Sequence record: SRR22947727_319
Direction: 5' to 3' (one strand)
Length of the DNA stretch: 37,891 nucleotides
Made by a program: the position numbers and the translations under genes. The notes beneath the pieces were generated by a model. That model saw nothing but the letters and a program-made list of their open reading frames with translations. It was not told the DNA's origin and made no database searches. Of the stretch, positions 26,909 through 34,122 are shown one piece after another. Numbering within the stretch: position 1 is the stretch's first letter; each line of letters starts with the position of its first letter.

Positions 26909-27766
26909 TTGCTGCGCCCGCTGAATATTGCATGTCTGCAAACGCATCCCAAAGCCTCGATATCTGAGGCGATTGCGGAGGCGATGCCACTGGCAGAGGC
27001 AGCTGCAAAAGCGGGCGCAGAATTTATTTTTTTGCCCGAATATTGCGGTGGATTGGCCAGCGAAGGCGCCGCGCTGCGGCCCCCCGTTGCACAAGAAAAA
27101 GACCACCCGATGCTGCGGGTGTTTCAAGCTTTTGCACAAAACTATCAGGTTTGGGTTATGTTGGGCTCGATCGCTGTAACCGCGCCTGATGCAAAAATAC
27201 TAAACCGTGGCTACATCATTGACTCCGCAGGTAATGTTCAAAGCCATTATGATAAAATACATCTGTTCGACGTAGAAATTTCGGAACAAGAAGTATATCG
27301 GGAAAGCGCGCATGTCACGCCCGGCGCTGCGGTTCAAGTGACGCCCGCCTGTGGTATGCAGTTGGGCCATACGATCTGTTATGATCTGCGGTTTCCAAAA
27401 CTGTTCCGCGATTTGGCGCAAGCAGGGGCAGAGGCGATTGCGGTGCCGGCCGCGTTTGTAAAGAAAACAGGGCAGGCGCATTGGCATGTTCTCAACCGCG
27501 CGCGGGCGATTGAAAATGGATGCTTTATCATCGCCCCGTGTGCGGTAGGGCCTATTCCGGGGCGGGGTGAAAGTTACGGTCACAGCTTGATTATAGACCC
27601 TTGGGGACGGGTTTTGGCTGATGGCGGTGAAGATCAGGGCTTTATTCAAGCCACGATTGACCTATCTCAGGCGCGGCGGGTGCGCTCAAAAATTCCAAGC
27701 TTAACGCATGACCGGGCGTATAGCCTGCAGTCGGCAGAAATGACAGAAAGATACCAGGATCTATGA
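26909..27766 (+). CDS. Carbon-nitrogen hydrolase (nitrilase superfamily; Nit1/YbeM/omega-amidase-like)
   Basis: Catalytic triad motifs FLPEY, YDKIHLFD and TICYDLRFP, plus RARAIEN and YGHSLIIDPWG; TTG start. Confidence 0.9.
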   Translation: MLRPLNIACLQTHPKASISEAIAEAMPLAEAAAKAGAEFIFLPEYCGGLASEGAALRPPVAQEKDHPMLRVFQAFAQNYQVWVMLGSIAVTAPDAKILNRGYIIDSAGNVQSHYDKIHLFDVEISEQEVYRESAHVTPGAAVQVTPACGMQLGHTICYDLRFPKLFRDLAQAGAEAIAVPAAFVKKTGQAHWHVLNRARAIENGCFIIAPCAVGPIPGRGESYGHSLIIDPWGRVLADGGEDQGFIQATIDLSQARRVRSKIPSLTHDRAYSLQSAEMTERYQDL

Positions 27767-28347
27767 GTTCAGTTGCATCCCTTTTGGGCGATAGCTACGC
27801 CAACCACCCTTTGAAAGACCGGTTTTTAAAATGGCAATGCCATTGCCGGCAAATGATGATGCGTGATAATATGGGCCGCCCGGATGCTACAATCATGCCC
27901 GAAGTTTATTTGAAAGACGACGCGCAAGCGATGGGAACCATTATCACCATTATGAACAAACTGCCGGCCTATTCTGAAACACCCGAGATGCTGCATATGG
28001 CGCGTAAAACCAACGATCCTGCGCAGCGCCGCAATCAAGCGATCCAATATTTTTCCGCAACCTTTTACCAAAAGCACAAACAGTTTTCGGATATCTTAAC
28101 CTCGACATTTCCGCCCCATTCCCCAGGGGCGGCCAAAATTAGGAGCGCGGAAACCTGTCGTCTGGTTTTTGCAGCCTATGCGCAAAGCTTTGAAATTCGG
28201 TGTAAAGTCTGGAAACTCACCCCCAAAAACCTTTTGAATCAATCGACAATCGCGCATAATCGCTTGTTCAACCCAGAGCTGCCGGGCAATACGATTGTTT
28301 TGGGCTTTGAACCGGATTGGTCAAGCTCGCAAGAAATGAAGGTTTGA
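27763..28347 (+). CDS. Hypothetical protein (194 aa)
   Basis: ATGA-coupled to the nitrilase gene and fills the gap to DUF1330; no confident family. Confidence 0.75.
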   Translation: MSSVASLLGDSYANHPLKDRFLKWQCHCRQMMMRDNMGRPDATIMPEVYLKDDAQAMGTIITIMNKLPAYSETPEMLHMARKTNDPAQRRNQAIQYFSATFYQKHKQFSDILTSTFPPHSPGAAKIRSAETCRLVFAAYAQSFEIRCKVWKLTPKNLLNQSTIAHNRLFNPELPGNTIVLGFEPDWSSSQEMKV

Positions 28348-28355
28348 AAAAAGCT

Positions 28356-28649
28356 ATGGCCTACGGATATGTGATTGCGCAAATCAACATTCATGACCCA
28401 GAAGCCTACGCCACCTATGTGAAAATGGTTCAACCCACTTTGGATCTTTTTGGTGGTCAGTTTTTGGTACGGGGCGGAAAAGCCCGCAGCTTTGAAGGCG
28501 CGCCGCCGGGCGATCGGCATGTTATCATTCAATTCCCCAGCTATGACAAAGCGATGAATTGGTATGCCTCAGATGCCTATGCGCCAGCCAAGAGGCAAAG
28601 GCTCTCTGCCTCATCCAGCGTTCAAACCATCGTTGAAGGTGTTCTGTAA
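28356..28649 (+). CDS. DUF1330-family dimeric alpha/beta barrel protein
   Basis: GYVIAQI..HDPEAY..Y, GGQFLVRGG, EG, IIQFPS..A.NWY.S..Y and IVEG. Start reassigned to ATG 28356. Confidence 0.85.
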   Translation: MAYGYVIAQINIHDPEAYATYVKMVQPTLDLFGGQFLVRGGKARSFEGAPPGDRHVIIQFPSYDKAMNWYASDAYAPAKRQRLSASSSVQTIVEGVL

Positions 28650-28693
28650 GCCCTTTTATTGGAATCTGCACATCGGTTTTTACGCAGTTTTTT

Positions 28694-29635
28694 TTAAAGC
28701 GTTGAGGCGTTTGGTTGCTGATATCTTTGCCGGCTCGCAGATACTTCCAAAAGCCAATTTTCAACCCGATCGCGTTCTGGAAAACTAGGGCCATCGCTTG
28801 CTTTCAGCAAATAATAGCCATGATCTGTTCTGGCCGAAATGTTACCCAATGGTCGGATAAGTTTGTTATCATCAAGCAGATGATCTACCAAATGGGCCCA
28901 TCCAAGCGCAATTCCCAATCCGTTTACGGCAGCTTCAATCGCAAGAGGATAGGTGTTCAAGCTGACTGTTTCTTCAAATTCAGCCGCCGCGTGATGCATC
29001 AAATCAAACCAAGCGCGCCAGGTCATCCACTCGGTATGCATGGTGTGAATGCCGATTAAGGAGCTTTGCGACATTGCGGCCAATGTGGTGATGCCGGGGT
29101 TTTTGCGCAAAAATTCCGGCGAACAGACCGGGAATATTGTTTCGCCAAATAATAACTCTGCCGAATACCCCGACCAATGCCCATTGCCCCGTAAAATTGT
29201 TAAATCGACATCTTCCGCCAGACATTCATCATCGTCATCTGAGGACAGTAAGTTGATGTTAACCGGTTCGTAAAGCGCGTTGAAACGGGGTAATTTGGGC
29301 ATCAAATAAAGCCCCGCCACCGAGTTGGTTGCCGCGATTGTCACAGCATTGTTTAACGTGGCTTCCAGAAGGTTTTGTGAGAGGGCTCGCAACTGATCAA
29401 GCAAGGGTAAAATATCATCAAAAAACCTTTGCCCACGCGGGGTTAGGTGAATCGAGCGATGCCCGCGATTGAATAAATTTATTTTATAATGCAGCTCTAA
29501 AAGCCGAACTTTCCTGCTGATGGCCGTTTCGCTGATGTTCAGTGCTTTAGAAGCACCTGCAAAACTGTTGTTAACCGCCGCAGATTCAAATGCAAGTAGA
29601 TAATCTAGGCGTGGTAATACATTGTTTTTATTCAT
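28694..29635 (-). CDS. LysR-family regulator (GcvA-like)
   Basis: LPRLDYLLAFESAA...SFAGASKALNISETAISRKVRLLE HTH, PVCSP and AAVNGLGIALG. Start reassigned to ATG 29635; divergent from tmoX. Confidence 0.9.
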   Translation of the reverse strand: MNKNNVLPRLDYLLAFESAAVNNSFAGASKALNISETAISRKVRLLELHYKINLFNRGHRSIHLTPRGQRFFDDILPLLDQLRALSQNLLEATLNNAVTIAATNSVAGLYLMPKLPRFNALYEPVNINLLSSDDDDECLAEDVDLTILRGNGHWSGYSAELLFGETIFPVCSPEFLRKNPGITTLAAMSQSSLIGIHTMHTEWMTWRAWFDLMHHAAAEFEETVSLNTYPLAIEAAVNGLGIALGWAHLVDHLLDDNKLIRPLGNISARTDHGYYLLKASDGPSFPERDRVENWLLEVSASRQRYQQPNASTL

Positions 29636-29720
29636 TTGTTTTGACCAATCATAGTTTAATTTAGTAAAAACGAGAATGGCGTTAGCGTAACCTTGTCTGA
29701 GATATATTGCCACTAATTTT

Positions 29721-29747
29721 TTGACCCTAAGCCCATAAAATCTATGT
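29721..29747 (+). promoter_or_regulatory. Candidate sigma70 promoter of tmoX
   Basis: TTGAC-N16-CTATGT resembles the alphaproteobacterial TTGAC-N16/17-CTATAT pattern; about 85 bp upstream of tmoX. Confidence 0.35.
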
Positions 29748-29832
29748 GCGGAAAACGTGACCAAATTTGCGAAGCTATGGGCATGCCCGAATTCGGGTAG
29801 AGCCAACCAAAAAAATATATCAGGGGGAAAAA

Positions 29833-30777
29833 ATGAATAAATTTACTCGGAAGGTTGCAGCTGGAGCCATGTCGTTAGCGGTCGGTTTTTCAGCTGGCCA
29901 AGTATATGCGGCGGATTCAAGTAAGCCCATCGTTATACCCACTCACAATTGGTCTAGTCAGGTTGTGATGGCCTATGTAATCGGCGGTATTTTTGAAAGT
30001 ATGGGGAATAACGTCGATTATGTTCCCGCCGATACGCAAGCAGTTTATGAAGCCATTCGTAATGGTGATGTGACGATTTCGCACGAGGTCTGGCAATCCA
30101 CATTTGGAGCTTCTTTTTACAATGCAATGGCAAAAGGAGGTATAATCGACGCCGGGACTCACGCGGCCATGACGTTAGAGGAAATGGGAGTTCCACAATA
30201 TGTAATCGATGATAATCTTTGCCCAGGTCTTCCAAATTGGGAGGCTTTGAAAGATTGTCATGAGGTTTTTGCAACTCCGGACTCTGGCGGAAAAGGCCGC
30301 TGGCTTGAGGGTCCGCAGAGTTGGCATGGTAACCAAATGCCAGAACGTCTTGCAGGGCTTGGTTTGGACGACAAATATATGGTCAAATTTGCCGGATCTG
30401 CTGACGCAATCTGGGCAGAGCTGGCGTCAGCAAAAAAAGAGGGAAGAGGCGTAATTACTTTTAATTGGACGCCTAATTTCACCGATGCTGATGGTTTTGT
30501 TTTTATTGAATTCCCGCCATATTTTGATGGATGTCGCGTAGGGGATGGAGGTGACGGTGCTTGTGGTTCTCCAAAAGGTTGGCTGAAGAAAGCGGCGAAT
30601 TATAAGTTTCCTAAGACACATCCGGCTGCATATACGGCATTTACAAAAATCTCCTTCACATCAAACCAAATTGGTCAAATGGCCGCATTAGTTGATATTG
30701 ATAAGATGAGCCACCAAGATGCGGCTAAAGCATGGCTTGCCGCTAATGAAGAAGTTTGGAAGCCATTTACGCAATAG
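29833..30777 (+). CDS. tmoX: TMAO ABC transporter substrate-binding protein (OpuAC/ProX family)
   Basis: Signal peptide, then PIVIPTHNWSSQ, HEVW, CPGLPNW and FNWTPNF, typical of TmoX; RBS AGGGGG; co-oriented with tdm. Start reassigned to ATG 29833. Confidence 0.85.
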   Translation: MNKFTRKVAAGAMSLAVGFSAGQVYAADSSKPIVIPTHNWSSQVVMAYVIGGIFESMGNNVDYVPADTQAVYEAIRNGDVTISHEVWQSTFGASFYNAMAKGGIIDAGTHAAMTLEEMGVPQYVIDDNLCPGLPNWEALKDCHEVFATPDSGGKGRWLEGPQSWHGNQMPERLAGLGLDDKYMVKFAGSADAIWAELASAKKEGRGVITFNWTPNFTDADGFVFIEFPPYFDGCRVGDGGDGACGSPKGWLKKAANYKFPKTHPAAYTAFTKISFTSNQIGQMAALVDIDKMSHQDAAKAWLAANEEVWKPFTQ

Positions 30778-30816
30778 TTTAGTTTGGCTTCGCGTTTCAA
30801 CTAGCTTTAAAACAAA

Positions 30817-30863
30817 GAAGGTTGTGCGCTTTCAGCGGGTTTGTCTGCAAGCGCACAATTTTC
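30817..30863 (+). terminator. Stem-loop after tmoX (partial terminator or mRNA stabiliser)
   Basis: 10-bp arms TTGTGCGCTT (30822-30831) / AAGCGCACAA (30849-30858), extendable by G-U pairs, followed by TTTT. Confidence 0.65.
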
Positions 30864-30972
30864 GAGTTGAAAAGAGCAAGTGTGGGTCAGTGCTGTCGCA
30901 CAGTATATCTTGAATTTATGTGGTTGAATGCGGAAATTGGATCCTCTGCCGGCGACCTAACAGGAAATAAAA

Positions 30973-32043
30973 ATGAATCATCCCAACGTCCAGGCTACTG
31001 ACAACCGTCCAATAATTAAATGTGAGTCAGTTTATAAAATATTCGGTGAAAATTCTAAGAGGATGCTTCAACAAGTAAATGGACAGGTCGATACAAAGAA
31101 GTTTCAAGCTGCCGGCTTAGTTGTAGGAGTTAACAATGCCAGCTTCGAAGTTTCAAAAGGAGAAATGCTTGTAATAATGGGGCTATCGGGCTCTGGAAAA
31201 TCAACGTTATTGCGCTGTATTTCACGACTTTCAGAGCCAACTTCGGGCCAAATATTTATAGATGGCGAAGACCTAGTGGGAATGAGCCCGCGACAGCTGA
31301 TCGAATTACGCCGAAATAAAATGGGGATGGTTTTTCAAAACTTTGCTCTGTTGCCACATAAAACCGTGCTTGAGAATATCGCGTTTCCATTGCAAGTGAA
31401 GGGTCAGACCACGGCTGATAGTATAAAACGTGCTTTGGAAATGGTTGAGCTTGTTGGCCTGGCAGGTCGAGAAAATTACTTTCCAAGAGAGCTTTCTGGC
31501 GGTCAACAACAAAGGGTGGGTATCGCTCGCTCGCTCGCGGTTGAACCAGATATTTGGTTTCTTGATGAACCATTTTCAGCGCTTGACCCCCTTATCAGAA
31601 AAGAAATGCAAGATGAGTTCATGCGTTTGCAGGGCGTGCTGAAAAAAACAATTCTCTTTGTTACGCATGATTTTAACGAGGCGTTACGTCTCGCGGATCG
31701 GATCGCAATTATGAAAGATGGGATAATTGAACAGCTTGATACCCCTGCTAATATCGTTCTGAACCCAGCCACCAGCTACGTGCAAAAATTTACTGAAGAA
31801 GTACCGCGAGAAAAAGTACTGAAGATAGAGGCGGTAATGGACCCACCGTCTGAACATGCCACTGATGCAACGTTCCAAATCTCAAAAGACGCGATTATTG
31901 AAACAGTGGCTGAAGCCGTACTTTCTGCAAAGAACCCAGTGGATGTCGTGGATGCGCAGGGAACCATTGTTGGCTCGGTGCAAGCATCAAAGGTAATCCG
32001 TGTGCTATTCGGCAAAACTGTTACCAATCGGGTTATGGAGTAA
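30973..32043 (+). CDS. tmoW: TMAO ABC transporter ATP-binding subunit (ProV/OpuAA family)
   Basis: Walker A GLSGSGKS, signature LSGGQQQR, Walker B/D-loop FLDEPFSALD and H-loop VTHD. Confidence 0.88.
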   Translation: MNHPNVQATDNRPIIKCESVYKIFGENSKRMLQQVNGQVDTKKFQAAGLVVGVNNASFEVSKGEMLVIMGLSGSGKSTLLRCISRLSEPTSGQIFIDGEDLVGMSPRQLIELRRNKMGMVFQNFALLPHKTVLENIAFPLQVKGQTTADSIKRALEMVELVGLAGRENYFPRELSGGQQQRVGIARSLAVEPDIWFLDEPFSALDPLIRKEMQDEFMRLQGVLKKTILFVTHDFNEALRLADRIAIMKDGIIEQLDTPANIVLNPATSYVQKFTEEVPREKVLKIEAVMDPPSEHATDATFQISKDAIIETVAEAVLSAKNPVDVVDAQGTIVGSVQASKVIRVLFGKTVTNRVME

Positions 32044-32052
32044 GCTGAGAAG

Positions 32053-34113
32053 ATGGTAATGATAATCCGCAATTCCAAGCTTGCTCAGTTTGTAATCCTC
32101 TTGATAATATTTTTCAGTCTTTATTTTGGAATAGAGGCCGCTGATGACAATATATTGTGGCGCTTTCCTGCCCTGCTTGCTGGGCTTCCAGGTGCAATAA
32201 ATGTGTTTGTCGAGCATTTGATGTATGATTGGATGCCGATACAGATTTATGATCCTGAACTCGACGATTACGAGGACTCAGCTTTAATTAAAGAAATCAC
32301 AAGAAGCTTTTCTCGTGCAGTTCTCTTTTTTATAGAACTAATCCGTGAGCTACTTCTCGGGGGTGTAAAAACTATCGTAGCGTTCACGAGCTGGGATTTT
32401 GTGGGAGAGAATGACTGGGCGGTTTGGCCCGCTTTACCCTGGACATTCGTTGCAGGAGGCGCTGCATTTTTAGGCTACACATTGAAAGGCAAAGGTTTAG
32501 CTTTTTTGGCGGGTAGCTCTGCCGCCTACATAGCTATTTTTGGTCAATGGGAGCCCGCGATGGAGACTTTATCCTTTGTCTTAGTCGCAGCGCCAGTTTC
32601 ATGTTTTTTAGGTTTGGTATTTGGGGTCCTCTGCTTCAAAAGCCGGTCAATAGAAATTGTCATGATGCCGTTATTAAACATTGCTCAGACAATGCCTCAT
32701 TTTTCCTATTTGGTGCCCGTCATGGTCTTTTTTGGCGTGGGAGATCATGCTGGGGCCATCGCGACTATTATCTTTGCCACGCCTCCTATGATACGTCTCA
32801 CCTTGCTTGGGCTTAAAAGCGTACCGCCGGAGGTTTTTGAAGCAGGTATGATGAGCGGCTGCAATGATTATCAGATCTTGATGCAAGTTCTCATTCCCAC
32901 TGCGAGAAGAGATATTTTGATCGGTATCAACCAGGTTATAATGCAATGTCTGGCGATGGCTGTTATTGCGTCATTTATCGGTGCGAAAGGCTTGGGTTTC
33001 AATCTTCTTCTTGCGCTGAACCAATTACGTGTTGGTCAAGCATTAGAGCTTGGGATTTGCATTGTATTGATAGCGGTGGTTTTGGACAAATTATCGCTGG
33101 CATGGGCCAATAAGCCAGTGGATTATTTTGCGGATCGGGTGATCTTAATCCGCCATAAAAATATTCTGACATTGCTCGGAATATTTTTGATCAGCGTTCT
33201 GTTTTGTGTTTTTGGTCGTTATGCATTCAGTGAAGAGCTAAACTACCTCTACCTGATCCCCCATAATCAGGGAATTACTACAGAAAATTTCTGGCAAGCC
33301 GGTGTCGATTGGATGGTTGAGCATTGGTATCAAGGTCTTCAGGGATTTAATACAGCACTTATAAAAGGCGTTTTGATGCCTATGAAGGCGGCTTATCTCG
33401 GCATGCCGGTGATTGCGACCTTCGTGCTAATAATGGGTGTGGGATATATTATTGGGGGACTAAAATCAGCTTTAGTGGTGTGTGGGTTTTTGATGTTTAT
33501 CGCACTGAATGAGTGGTGGGATCGAGCCTTAATCACTGCTTATATGGCATCATTTGCGGTAATCGTATCTGTGAGCTTAGGGGTGTTAGCAGGCTCGTTG
33601 GCTGCACAACATCAAAAAGCGAGTAAGATGATCTTACTGGTTTGCGATACGTTTCAAACATTTCCATCGTTTATTTACCTGATACCTGTAATAATGCTTT
33701 TTGGTGTTACTGACACATCCGTTCTAATCGCGGTTATCGTTTACGCGACAATACCAGCAACTCGCTATACGGTTGAGGGGCTCAAAAGCGTACCTCAATC
33801 GTTGCATGATGCAGGCTCAATGTCAGGCGTGAATAAAATGCAAAGATGGTTAAAAATAGAATTGCCAATGGCATTTCCTCATATAATGCTTGGGGTCAAC
33901 CAGACTGTCATTTTTGCTTTATTTATGATAATTATCGGAGCGATGATTGGAACGGATGATTTAGGACAATACATCCTAAAAGCTCTTTCTGATAAAAATG
34001 GAACCGGAAATGGCCTCATGCTAGGCCTGTGCGTCGCGTTTATCGGTTTATCCGTTGATCACTTAATTCTGACATGGGCAAACAAGCGCAAAGCGTTGCT
34101 TGGTTTAGTATAG
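32053..34113 (+). CDS. tmoV: TMAO ABC transporter permease with two fused ProW-like domains
   Basis: Two repeats, QTMPHFSYLVP...FEAG...GINQ and QTFPSFIYLIP...HDAG...GVNQ; highly hydrophobic. Confidence 0.88.
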   Translation: MVMIIRNSKLAQFVILLIIFFSLYFGIEAADDNILWRFPALLAGLPGAINVFVEHLMYDWMPIQIYDPELDDYEDSALIKEITRSFSRAVLFFIELIRELLLGGVKTIVAFTSWDFVGENDWAVWPALPWTFVAGGAAFLGYTLKGKGLAFLAGSSAAYIAIFGQWEPAMETLSFVLVAAPVSCFLGLVFGVLCFKSRSIEIVMMPLLNIAQTMPHFSYLVPVMVFFGVGDHAGAIATIIFATPPMIRLTLLGLKSVPPEVFEAGMMSGCNDYQILMQVLIPTARRDILIGINQVIMQCLAMAVIASFIGAKGLGFNLLLALNQLRVGQALELGICIVLIAVVLDKLSLAWANKPVDYFADRVILIRHKNILTLLGIFLISVLFCVFGRYAFSEELNYLYLIPHNQGITTENFWQAGVDWMVEHWYQGLQGFNTALIKGVLMPMKAAYLGMPVIATFVLIMGVGYIIGGLKSALVVCGFLMFIALNEWWDRALITAYMASFAVIVSVSLGVLAGSLAAQHQKASKMILLVCDTFQTFPSFIYLIPVIMLFGVTDTSVLIAVIVYATIPATRYTVEGLKSVPQSLHDAGSMSGVNKMQRWLKIELPMAFPHIMLGVNQTVIFALFMIIIGAMIGTDDLGQYILKALSDKNGTGNGLMLGLCVAFIGLSVDHLILTWANKRKALLGLV

Positions 34114-34122
34114 GGGGCTGGA

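Noticed and set aside
29636-29832. Apparent overlap of the LysR (to 29806) and TmoX (from 29767) ORFs
   Set aside because: Artefact of longest-ORF calling. Starts at 29635 and 29833 fit the family N-termini and leave a normal divergent promoter region.
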